This document shows positions 27,401 through 39,589 of a stretch of DNA of 64,000 nt, piece by piece. The stretch is from positions 1,612,001 to 1,676,000 of the forward strand of contig NW_026781904.1 of assembly GCF_031769215.1 (NCBI RefSeq). Direction: 5' to 3'. The stretch is from Ylistrum balloti. Its lineage: Eukaryota. Every line of letters begins with the position of its first letter. Position 1 is the stretch's first letter. The translations under genes were made by a program, and so were the position numbers. Under the pieces are notes generated by a model. The model worked only from the letters and a program-made list of their open reading frames with translations. It ran no database searches and was not told where the DNA came from.

Positions 27401-28612
27401 AAGTTTGAAAAGAGCTCTGCCATTTTACAGCATACTAACATTACATTGATCGGAAATGTCTTTCACTATAGCTTACCGCGTCCTGGTATGGAGATTCGGA
27501 AAATCCAGAACGCTGAATGTGAATAGACCTTGTTTTCTCTGGTCACTTTTGATGATTTGATCTCTTGATAAATAGGCCTATTTGTCATCTGCAGAAATTT
27601 GACCCAGACGTCTAAATCGAACACACATGATATAGAAATGGTATAGAAGACAACAGTTTCAGATTTCATTTGACCTTTGCAATGTATGTGTGAGTCTTAC
27701 CATCAACTCTAGTCATGTGCCATAATCAAGGACATGTAAATTAATTTGCTAAATATTTTGTTTCATTCTAATTCAATTCAGTCTTAAAGCCGAAAGTAGG
27801 AAGGATTTAAAAGCAAACTCATATGAAGGTATAAAAATATGATTTATCCCCTCGAAAGCAACCGACTACTCCTGTATCCTGCTGTCAAAATCCTATCCAA
27901 TACTTGTCAGTAGAGCTTTCAAGCTGAACGTTAGAGAACATTGGCTATTTTGCCTTATCTCGGTCCAGTGATCCTTAATAATTCTTGTGGTAATGCTGGC
28001 TTAACACCTTAACACAAATTAATAAATAATGGAAAACCTTATTCATGTTTAATACGAATTTGGCGGTTTGCGCTAATTTCATTTAAAATTAAAATTGAAA
28101 TGAAGAAGAGTAACAAACAAACGGGAAATAGTGCGAGAAGAGCTGCAAGCTTGTTTTCGTCGCGATGATTTTAGGAGAACGCGAAAGCAATTATCGTCGC
28201 GATGATTTGAAGAGGACGCGAAACAAATTATTGACGAAACGCTTGTAGGAATAGGGGAAAACTTTGGGTCTGTCGGAAGGGTGTTAAGATACTCGGATAA
28301 AGTATAAATTACACGACAATGTTAGTGGAATTTCGACAACCACAGATGTCTCGACCTGAAATTTAATCTTTCTGAAACAAATATTATTACTATATTATAG
28401 TGTCTGCCTACGATAAATTACGGTCAGTTATAGGGAAAGCTTCAGGAAACTGGTATTTCGTTTTACATAAACACCTGTTATTGAATTTTATGTGCTAAAA
28501 CGTGCTAGTTGTTAAGTTTGTCTTTCGCGTTTAGATAATCATAGTAGACACAAACATTATTACTAGCGACGAAGCAATGAAAATAAAAGCTAATATTGAG
28601 AGACCAGCCTAA

Positions 28613-29250
28613 GTCTTAAACGAAAATTATGGCAGTGGTGCCGCCAGTGTCGAGACTCCTGACACTGGTATTAACAAAGGACGACAGGGGAGACCGTATC
28701 CGCTCTCCGAGATAAGGCGTCCGTTGCAAAAGATGTTCTGTATAAAACAGAACGACTCGGAACTTGTTGCAGAGGTCAAATCTGTAAAGTCGAGACGTCA
28801 ACGAACGAATCGAAAGGACCTATGGTTCCTGAATTATAATCGCCAGGATGTCAGAGAATTAAATGTTATCCTGTTCACTCAATAGACAGTGGTTTAACTT
28901 AACGACAGATGCGGTCGATCGCTTATATCGTACACCAAAGAATCACAGGGAGCGAATGTTTGTTCTCCTGCTGGGATCGCCGAACGCCAGCAAGTCAATA
29001 CCACTAACACGGACAGTCAATAAAGCTGTAATTCTATAAAGCACCAACGAGCAGGATCCATATTTGTCAGTTAATCAGGCCCATCATTGATGACTGGGGT
29101 GAGGTTTGGAAGACCGGATATATGATGAACCTTCTGGAAACATCTTTACTTACCGATTGTCTCGACCAATTTCTGCTCTCTGTCTCCAGGTCATCTCGAA
29201 AAAGAAACTCTTTTCGTTATTGCAAGAAATTAAAAGATTTTTTATGTGAA
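28613..29250 (+). pseudogene. CpG-richer segment with a 90-codon open frame continuing through stops; possible decayed TRIM-like NHL domain
   Basis: Frame 28613-28885 is open. The same frame continues TVV*LNDRCGRSLISYTKESQGANVCSPAGI, close to the recalled family motif AVVVTDRGGRHRFSYTG....PRGI. Confidence 0.3.
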
Positions 29251-30780
29251 TAACTGATTTGGTTGGATGTATTTCTAGATAACAAAATGCTAATTTTAAT
29301 CGGTATTGGATCTTCAAGTCTGTCCCAGTTGCTCACAGAATTAAGTCTCTACGGTTTAAGTATTCTAGTCTCTGAAAGGCTTGTGCACTTAGCAGTAATA
29401 TTCACGCTTTTAAACGGCTACTGTCGTAAGCAATCATTTTCTTTCCAGAAAAAATATCATGGTGAGGGTAACTATATATAGTCAACATTTGCTGCAAAAA
29501 GACACAAACAAATCAGCAAAATCAAAAAAATTATTTCAACTGTTTCTATTTAGCAATGGTTGCCTTCCAGTACATTAAAACGACGTTGATGCCAAGTATC
29601 CCTTAACAAATGTGATCATCTTAAAATCTAGTAGATTCAATAAAAACATAACATATCAAATTATCCAAACATTACCCTTGAAAACGTAAAATTACACAAT
29701 GAAAAAATAACGCGGTTAAAATCATGACAAAAGCTTCCGTGTATATATGCCCCCTTTTTTCTATGTTTTGCTACGACAACGGGTCTTGTTCGTCCGTCTA
29801 TGACTGCAACCAATATGTATACTTGGGTAATTACGTCCAAGTGCGGTTCTGGCGCATATCTCGAAAACTGTTCGAAACAGCTTGACATTTTTTTTAAACA
29901 AATCAATCAAACAGTCTAGTAGTATCTTTTGCTCTGGGGAAGTATTCAGTTTCAACATTTTCTAGGTCACCATGAAACCAAGTAATCAAATTAACTTATT
30001 TGAGCCTTTCCCGAAATATATCTTCAAATGCGTTCAATATAACTCTACGATACTTCCTGCACGCCTTAATCCAGTGTTCTAGTAGTACATTTTACTAATT
30101 TTAGTGCGGTGAATTTTCCAATCCGGATATTTTCTTTGTAACCAAGTAAATAGATAGTTGATATCACTGATTTATGCATTTCCAAACCCATTTTAGATAA
30201 TTCCGCGAAACTTCCTACAATCATCAATCAACGGCCTTCTAGTGCCTTTTGCTATGGCAGAGTTTTCACTTTTGCTTTTTCTTTTGTTTCCATGGAAACA
30301 GATATTCAAATTCACTGAATCACTGGAACATATCTCTAAAACGTTTTTAAAAAAATACTTATTAAAACTTTAACCACTGTTGTCTCAACATGATATTAAG
30401 CCCGTCACTAGGTTTCCCTGTCGATCTGAAGGATTCAGTCCTTGATGGAAATATGTCAGCATGAATATTAAGTCTTTTGGAAATATAATTTATTAAAAAT
30501 CATCTTGGAAATATATATCGATGTTGACTGATTGTTGGAAAGAAATTTCCATAGCAGCGGATCGTCATACAATTTATGGCGGGGGGGGGGGATTGCTTCT
30601 CAGTACTTAAAAACAGCTTTGTCAAAAGGCTGATGACACTAAATATTAACCAAATTGAAAAACCATTTTTGATTAACTTGTTATTGCTGAAAAGACAGAT
30701 TAATGGGCGCGATGTCTTTTACAGCATCTGTTATGCCTAGTTTAGCTATAGTAACAAGGAACCGGGGTTTTCGGATTACC

Positions 30781-30957
30781 TTCGACATGGCCACAATCCA
30801 TCAACCGTCACCGGACGAAAAGCAAAGACATCTAATCGATGCAAACCGGATATAAGCCAATAGGGCAGAATTGATATGGTCGGATTATGCAAAAATACAC
30901 TTAGGATAGACATATACTTGACAGATGGCCGCACTTGGGACAAGGTCGCGTGATGTT
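30781..30957 (-). other. Candidate exon downstream of the micro-exon array
   Basis: Acceptor tttcacggtacag|aacatcac and donor tcgaag|gtaatc. Open in the phase-1 frame (EHHATLSQVRPSV...). It starts with the same aacatca as one micro-exon. Confidence 0.25.
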
Positions 30958-31169
30958 CTGTACCGTGAAATTTACGTGAAGACAGAGAAATAACTCAGAA
31001 AGAGACTTTTGCGCTATGATCCGATATGCCAAAATATCAGATCTGATAAAGATATAGAGAAGGTTAGCATACGTTTGAATACTTAAACATTCTTTTTGAC
31101 CATAGATGTCTTCTTTTGTAATGAGGCCGGCCCGTTAAGTCGTCAGTGACTTTATGGAGGTTTTTCCCG

Positions 31170-31558
31170 TCCATTGTAAATATTACTGAAATTAATGCCA
31201 ACTCACCTTGTTGTGCTGTAAAACCTTTACACACCATCCACTGTAAATATTATAGAAATGTATGTCCAATACACATTGATGTGCTGCAAAGCATATTCAC
31301 ATCGTCCAGCGAAAATATTGAAATGAATGGCCTACTCACCTTGATGTTCTGCAAGACATATTCACATTGTCCTCTGTAAATATTATTGAAATTAATGTCC
31401 ATAACACCTTGGTGTGCTGTAAAATATCTACATACCGTCCACCGTAAATATCGAAATTAATGTCCAACACACCTTGGTGTCCTGTTAAATATATTCACAT
31501 CTTCCACTGTTAATGTTATTGAAATCAATGTCCAACACACCTTCGTGTGCTGTAAAAC
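31170..31558 (-). repeat. Six-unit tandem repeat (period alternating 68/65 bp), each unit reading as YAG|9 nt|GT on the minus strand
   Basis: 9-nt segments at 31541-49, 31473-81, 31408-16, 31340-48, 31275-83 and 31207-15. Each is preceded by a T-rich ..CAG and followed by GTG (gtgtgt, gtgtgt, gtgtta, gtgagt, gtgtat, gtgagt). The repeat itself is certain; the splicing interpretation is inference. Confidence 0.9.
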
Positions 31559-31919
31559 GCCCGATATTTATATCGAGTACTTCTGTGTAAACGGAGTGAT
31601 CCTGACCGAGAGACAGTAAATGTAAAACAAAAAGGAAACACAAAACAGATATACTGATTAAGGACAGAAAAGGAAGGAAGTATCAAGCAAACCTACACTG
31701 TAGGAGACCATATCATAGGAAGCAAATACCATGAATGGACAATAAAATGAAATAAAAAAGAGTACGGAAGCAGGAAGGATTCAGTGGCGATGAGAATATT
31801 ACATCATGTCTTAAGATCTTTGTAAAATAATACTCTTTCCGAGCCGCGATATTCAGCATTACGTGGAATAGATGTTTACCAAAGCAGCATTGGAGATAAT
31901 CTCCTGTAATTACTCTCAC

Positions 31920-31974
31920 CTTGTGGTTTGTTGCTCGTCGCTATCGACCACAGAAGCGGAATGAAGTCACATTT
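31920..31974 (-). other. Candidate 55-nt exon upstream of the micro-exon array
   Basis: Acceptor cgtttcttcatgctaacag| (CTAAC branch-like motif) and donor caag|gtgaga. Only one frame is open (KCDFIPLLWSIATSNKPQ + G), ending in phase 1. Confidence 0.35.
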
Positions 31975-32063
31975 CTGTTAGCATGAAGAAACGTGATAAG
32001 GGTTGATAAGCAGATTTAATTTCAGATCACAGTAAAGCGCTGTGTTTACGTGGAGTAATTGTG

Positions 32064-32141
32064 TTGATCACACCTCTCTCGCAGATGAGATATACCTCCC
32101 CGTGTGAAACAGGTGTTGTTTACATTGTCACATCGGTTTTC
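32064..32141 (-). pseudogene. Possible decayed MEGF10/SCARF-type EGF repeat fragment
   Basis: ENRCDNVNNTCFTRGGISHLRERCDQ has the spacing C-x6-C-x3-[G in place of C]-x8-C, as in C..VNGTC..GC..GY.GERCD. Stops lie upstream. Confidence 0.25.
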
Positions 32142-32833
32142 GGACTGATACATAACTCAGGCCGATATCACTTCATCTGGATTCTCGTGTCCTGCCACAA
32201 AGATTCATGATCACACGGTTTTGTAAACAGCACAAATAACCTGCGAGATCATAATGTCCATATTTTAAATATTTTTTCGACCCTTGTCCTGATAGGCGTT
32301 CACTACCGATTCAATAAGAAAGTTGAGAATGTTTTGAATAAAGAACTATCGAAGTCTTCTAAAATCCTTGTATTGTTTTAAAAGGTACGACAATTATGTA
32401 TGAGCAACATGAAGAAGGAAAGAAACTCTTTCCTGTTAGTTCTGTTATTTCATACTTCTCATTTGAGGAACGTGGAATTATTTTCTTGTTGTTTTTCGTC
32501 CTAGTTTTATTGACTTTAAGTATGGATTATGTTTATCTGAACATGTTTGTATTTTCTCGATGTTTTTTCAAGGATGACTCAGCAAAACGTTGTTTATCAC
32601 TCTCTTCAAAATCTAATGCAAGCTTATCTTATCTAGTCGAAAACTTCCTTTCCTATCAACCACACCATATTCATTTCGAACCTCACTTCCTTAAATGGCA
32701 TTGTTTAATTAACAAACAATGCAATCAAAGCATGCCTAAACACACAAATAAGTCGTGTTTAACTCATTAAAATGGTTTTCTACTAGGAGATTTTCAGAAA
32801 TACAAAGTAATCATCCTCGATCAAATGTAATAA

Positions 32834-33256
32834 AGAGAATTCACTCCCGTTTTAAATGTATTATTTATACATCGAATTCTTCTCTCTGATCTAGATCTCT
32901 CTGCCGGGTTGTCACAAAGGGAATTTAAAATGCTCGATATGAATTTAATTGCAATTGATATGAATTTAATTTCATTTGATATCAAGTCAATACGGAAGTT
33001 GCCGGTTCGTGCGGCAGAATCATGGTGCGAGCTACACAGCTTCTTTATTAATAGAAAACTCAAAACAGATGACATGCAAGACGTGGAAAAAGTAAAGCTT
33101 GCTTATGTAATCCAGCAAAGACGAAAGTACATGCAATCTGCAAAGAAGGAGGGGTCATATCTAGGAGTTGCTCCAAGCATAATGCGTTTCAAGGAAAGCA
33201 TTCTAGCTGAACAAAAACCAAAATTTGCATCTTGCCGCTGCATTGAAAATATTTGA
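32834..33256 (+). other. 140-codon open frame of unknown product
   Basis: ORF-track 32909..33256 extends upstream without a stop to 32834. A possible acceptor lies at ctctctgatctag|32895. Confidence 0.25.
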
Positions 33257-35625
33257 ATTTCAGTTTTTGTTGTCCAATGAGGTTTTATTTCATTATCTGC
33301 TATTCTATTCATTCGCTTTTGCTCTTACAAACCCAGGCAATTTCGTTTATTCATGGCCATCTATCCCAGAGTGCATTGCAGTACTAGATAATACCACTAT
33401 AAACGACTCGCGTCATTTCAAGCTCATTGATTAAACAGTATTGTTATGTCCTAAATGATTGTATATTGTCAACCACGTGGACTGAATATTCTATATTCCG
33501 GGATACCATTCTATTTCGATAATGATACAACAAACGGTACTACGACTAGAATAACGCAATATTTCCTCTTACAAAATCAAATATAATAAGTGTAACTTTG
33601 TGTCATTCTACATCGTTTAGATAACACTGTCTCTAGCGGTTCTTAACCCGATCACGTTTGGAACATAAATCCCTGATGAATCGTAGGTATTAACGTAACT
33701 GCTAGGAATAATTACTCTAATATGCGGCATTTGTGTATCTCGGATCGGATGCCTTGTTACATCTTGTCGTCTGCAAGCGTGTTAATCTTGAATACTTATA
33801 TCAAATATGTACATGTACATTCATTATCTCACTTTTACCTATAATGGAAGCCCTACTCCGTATTGGATAAATCTATATCAGATTGGTGCACCAAGTGACC
33901 TATACTATAATGACGTCATACTCAGATACAAGTTCACAATAAGAGAAAACCCTGTCAAAACGTTTCATGCCTGCTCGTGACGATCTTGCCATTGGCAACT
34001 GACGCCATCTCGTAAACAGAACCAATTACACAAGCTTGTTATAAAGAGGAGGGTTTAAATTATACCTATCTTATACCATACTTTCCCTGAAAATTATTTC
34101 AAATAAGATTTTTGTTTAATTTAGCCTCGATTTTTACCAGACATCTGTATTCCTTTCTGATAGAATATCCATATGACATATACCTGTAGTTATGTAAGTC
34201 ATGTCAGTATGATGGCACTTTACAAAAACGCCCCTGAAGGATCTAATCATCTAAGGTCTTTACATAGCTTTATTTTCGACATATTATTATTTCTGTACGT
34301 CACTATTACCAAAGTGAATGAGGCGATAGAAAATTATTTCGGCAGGATGTCTAATTTAAGGGTCACACGTCGGAGAAAAGAAGATGAATAGGAAAAAAAA
34401 CTGTTTGATAATAAGTTTTACTTATTTCTACATAATTATGATGCTACGTGTAAATGGTGCTTTATAAGATCTACATAACCAAAGAAATGAGGTCATAGGA
34501 TCTAAACACTGTAAATAGATACATATATTTCTGTATTTCTTTTTTCTGGTTTAGAGTACAAAACTGTTAAAAGGAGCAAGATTGAAGGCAGCGTTTGCAA
34601 TATATCCATGGATATAAGACATGTATCATATATCAGTGATAATTACATAACGTGTACAGATATACTTGTTCTCTATTCTACTGCACATAATAATCATAGC
34701 GACGCTCTTCGTAATGGCGTTTCTTTGGTATATAACGTTTGTAGTTGTTACCTCACAATGGACACCCTAAGCGCTAATAATTCAGCTCGTGTCATTACAT
34801 CACGACAGAGAGAAAAAAATGTTTCTGATGTAGTGTATGACCGGAATACCCCAATAAAGGTTTCTTTCTGTAATTAATTACCTGATAATTTACAATCGAG
34901 AATGGAGATTTGAAAAGTGACAAATAGCTTGATGTTATTCATATATAAGCACATGAAGGATGAGTTAATGATACCAAACAAATGTCGATGATCAATGAGA
35001 TGCAAGCTACTGTGATAGGTTCTTTTGCTCAGAAGTAAAGGATAACTATAAATATGAGTTTAGGTGTGGTAACAATGCCACCCAAACACGTTTCTTGGTA
35101 AAAATTTCTTTGTTTCACTTATTTAGAACAGATTGGAATATAATGGCATAAAATATACATATAAAACTTATAATTTTATATAAAAGTGGGAAATAAATGA
35201 AAATCATATATATATGTATACCCAAAAATTCGACAAAATGACAGGGTTTATTTAATTTAATTTAATTTCATTTCATTTAATTTGCTAGTGAATGTTTATT
35301 CATGTAACAAGCTACATGCTTATTTCCAGGAAAGGCTTTTTTTCAAATCTATTTGGGTTTTTTTTTATTTTCGGGTAGTTCGGTAGATTTGCTAGTGCTA
35401 AATATAAAATGAAAATAAATTCGGGTAAGAATTGTAGGTTCATTGCAGTTTAGCATGGTATGCGATTGTTAATCATTTTTCATAATTCTATGCAAAGAAA
35501 TTAGACTGGTTTACATAGTTTCAAATTATTTGCTTTCATTATAACCCCGGCTGTTGTTAATTTCCAAAATGCTAATCGACAGCACATTAATTTCTTGAAG
35601 CAGGAAATGCATAATGCCAAACTTA

Positions 35626-35748
35626 ACATGCCGGTTGACCACGATGAAGCAAAGACGCTTTCCCTTCATGAACACCTGGTCCATCGCCCTAGTTTCACTG
35701 AAATTGAGTTTAGAAAATGATTATGTTGACATGTTAGTATTTTCTTGA
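35626..35748 (+). mobile_element. Interspersed family, copy 8 (partial, internally deleted)
   Basis: gatgaagcaaagacgctttcccttcatgaacacctggtc ... tgattatgttgacatgttagtattttcttga. Confidence 0.8.
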
Positions 35749-36887
35749 AAGGCATTCGACAAGATATAACCCACTATGTTGAGAGGACGAAAAATAAAAT
35801 CACCAACATGGAATATCATATTAACAAGATATTGCAGGAAACATTTGATAGCAATCAAGATTATACATTACTGGAAATACGTTATCTGCCTTGTTCGAAA
35901 AATGAATGACATTCGAGCTACGCATTACAAACAATAATTTGTGGAATTGTTTTTGTAAATGTAAACGTGCTGGAATAGATAAATAATAAAAACAATGGTC
36001 GAAGAAAGTTTTTTTTTTTTTTATATATTTTTGAATGGCAATAAACAATCTTTCTTGATGTCATTACCAAATAGATGCATGCGATAAGGTTGTTATGTGA
36101 TACGGAAACGGGGCCTACTAGCAAAACAAAACAAGACGATGACGAGGAACAGATGTCACCAATAAATATCGAAGATAGATTACTCAATTTTAGAAAGATT
36201 GGCAAAGCAATGAGGCGGATAGATTATCAACAAGAAAAAAGGCAAAGAAATCGATCCTTGTGTTTTCTATATGAACACAAACATTCTATAGTAATTATAA
36301 ACCTGAAAGCTCTCAATATAAACACACAACTCTCCTTTTGATTATATACATTCTATAAACCAATAAATCAACCCTATTTTGTAAATCGATTTCGCAAATG
36401 TGTTTTTTCTTGAAAACATGACTTGTGTCATCAATTGTCTGAGAAAAGTACTGTTTTTCATGACACGGCCAATCGTAAACAGTATTTAGTAAGAAGTTTC
36501 CATTGTTTTCAACTTTGACGTCAGATATATATTGTGTCCAGGCTAAGCTTTGTCCCGACAGTATTTTTTATTAGAAACTGTGGGGTTTTCTTTAGTTAAT
36601 TTATCCAGTCCGTGTATTCATTTCATTTTGCTTCTTGTTATTTTGTGTTTTTTATTTGTTTTTCCCCATGGTTTATCCCTTCCTGAACAGCATCGTCTTT
36701 TTCTAGTAGCTGGTGGTTACCTCACTGAACAACAACCGTGAGGCCCGTCACAACAATTAGGTGCCTTGTTCACGGAATCAAGCACATCAGCATATCATAG
36801 CAGTGGATGAATTGCACCAGATATGAATGGATACTTATATAATTTTATCAATATTTCTCCAAGAAACATTAAACACTGAAAAAAACA

Positions 36888-37126
36888 TGAAAATGCTAAC
36901 ATGTCAACATAATCATGATCCAAACTCAAAGGTCATAAAACTCGGGCAAAATATTAACAAAAGAAAGATTTTCACGGAGACTCCTGAAAACGCACAAGGT
37001 GTTCTGGAAGAGTAAGCGTCTCATGTTTCATAGATGACACCCGCCATGTTAACCTTGATCAATCCAAGTAAGTAATGTCAAGTTCTCAAATGAGAACAAG
37101 GTATAAAACAATGAACAGGCAATTCC
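36888..37126 (-). mobile_element. Interspersed family, copy 9
   Basis: aggtgttctggaagagtaagcgtctcatgtttcatagatgacacccgccatgttaaccttgatcaatccaagtaag. Confidence 0.9.
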
Positions 37127-39539
37127 ATGGTTTATACCTTTTCACTCTGTGACAACGAATAAAGGTTCGGTATTGCGGAGGCACATACATTACTTACTAC
37201 GAGTGACTCGTTCATTCAATATCGTGAAGTAAATGGCAAAGGCTAATATTTTTTGTTTAAAGCATATTGGAACTAAAAACGCGCATTGTTCTTCTATAAA
37301 CAATGTTGTAATATACAGGCTGCACTCTTTTACAATGCAAAAAGGAATCTTATCATTAGTCTGTGACCGACGACGATACGCCACTAATTCTAAGTACGGT
37401 TGCACTAGTTTATGCTCAATCCTTGTTATTTTAGAAAGTCAGTTACAATTACCAATAATTCACAAACACTTTCGCTTATTATTTTACAATTTTCCCTTTC
37501 TCGTGTTTGTCATTTTTCCTTCAGACCTTATATACTGAAGTCACTAAGGAATATAGATATCCACTACGTTATTGCAGCATGTTCATGCACCTGATTTAAC
37601 TTCATCAGTTCTCTGGTTGCAGATACATTTCGGATCGGATTTGCTCTTTTAGGCTTCAATTAGTTCAAAACGTGGAATAGTGAGTCTCCTGATCGTTTTT
37701 TTTTTTCTGTCACAAGCCTTGTAATTATTTTGAGACTTGCCACTGCAGATGTTTCTAGATAGATTGCATTTTCTAGGACGCTGCTAATATTCTATATTGT
37801 ACTGTACTGATCAAGTCCCACGCGTTTGGCACACTAATGACAACCGTATGTTATTATGCATAAGTAGTTTTTGTCAATAACGATGAGGTTTCTATCGCAA
37901 ATAATTTCGGTAAAAATTTGTTGATAATTAATTGACTTCAAGTGACTTCATTTTAACTCATTTTCCTTTCAAGTTTTCCTCAATTATGTGTCATGTTTTA
38001 ACTTCATCTTAAAATATTGGGTCATATCAAAATGGATGCATGAAATCCAACCTGGTTATATTGTACCGAACGGTTGGGCAGCTCGTTACACTACCAAATT
38101 GCTGAACGTTAAGCAGGAAGTACTTATAACTGTTTTTATCATGTTTTAACACAAGTCTTAATAAGAATGAGGCAGTAAAAATAAGATTTTTAACTTTCCT
38201 GAAACAGTGTATATGAGGATGAAATTTGCATGTTATAGGGCTTCTCAAGGTTACCTTTTCAGCGTCGCTCAGTATTGAATTGGGCAATCATTGATTCTTT
38301 GACAAAACCTTCCATCGCTTACACATGCTAATATCTTGTAGTTTAGGGTAGGATAAAGGATTAAAAGCTCTAACCAAGCTGAACAAGAACGCCAGCCTTC
38401 ATTATTAATACTATTAAGAGTAATATGGATTTAAAGAGAAACAAAATGCATTGCATATGATATGTTTACATCTAAACAAATCATACTGTTCATTATGTCT
38501 TTGTATGGAATTATCACAATGTTTAATACACCTCTCCTACGCAATGTATGCACAAGGACATATGTGTAAATTCTGCTCGCACATGCCTAGAACAACACAA
38601 AATGCCAAGCCCTTGAAATAAAATAGTTATAAATGATTAACCAGAGTTTAATGGCTTCACTAGGAACAGTAAATTTTATTTCCCTACTTAAAAATTAGTT
38701 ATAAAAAGTCCTACCAAAGCACATCGACTAGCAACATATATATAGTCCTCTATGGGTTTGTTGTCAGTATGCTGGCAATGTAAATGTGCTCGTGAGGAGT
38801 CAGGATGAACTTTGGTATTTGTTCTATCTAAGAATGGATGGTAAACCTTAAGTTACTTCGACAACCACGGTAGTTGATTTACCATTAATAGTGAAGACTT
38901 ATCACACTCAATGTTACAGAATGGCGCGAAGGAGAATACATAATCAAGAAGACAAATTATTTGATTTTCTGAAATAGACTTAATGAAGACAAAACCATTC
39001 TATATAAAATTGATCTTAAAAAGCTTTATGAACACTTCCTGGATGCGTCTTTGTAATTTCTTGTTAAAGTGTAAATGAGTTGTCCTTTTCATACACAAAT
39101 AAAATTATGAATTTTGATGCAATTATTTTGATCTGTAAATGTAAAATTGAGAATTCCATCAGATTCTTTCTGTGATGAAGTAGATATGAATACAAAAACG
39201 TTACTCAGCAAGTTTATTATATCGATAGAACTGTCTATAAATTGGACTTTTATCCAGAAAATTCTAACCGGGAGTATATTTAGTTTTATCCCTTGCGTCA
39301 TCTCAAATGAAGACGGAAAGCTACGGAAACACTGGGGATATCATGTATCAGCACAGCATTGTCATTATGTCTTACAAAAGAGTGGTATCTCGTTCATTGT
39401 AGCTAAGACACCAGGTCAGTTTGTTTGGTTGGATAAAATGCTACAAAAACCTCCAACTCTGCTTGGAGGGTCGAAATACGCAGTCCAAATAGCTGAATTA
39501 TCTTCTATATCCTTCACCTCCTGGAACGAATGTTTCTGT

Positions 39540-39589
39540 AAGCAGAAGATGCTTGTTCTTCTGGAACACCTTGTCCATTCTACTTTTTT
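39540..39589 (+). mobile_element. Interspersed family, copy 10 (core fragment)
   Basis: aagcagaagatgcttgttcttctggaacaccttgtc. Confidence 0.65.

Noticed and set aside
26896-27420. Exon-like segments (ttttattgcag|gagaagg... and DITFGNDTLRQHFLVSNV...)
   Set aside because: Stops occur in all frames shortly after the acceptor and no motif is recognisable, so a call cannot be supported.
39370-39520. Polinton/Maverick integrase-like YFDPPSRVGG on the minus strand
   Set aside because: Only a few residues match, and no DDE core or other Polinton genes are nearby.
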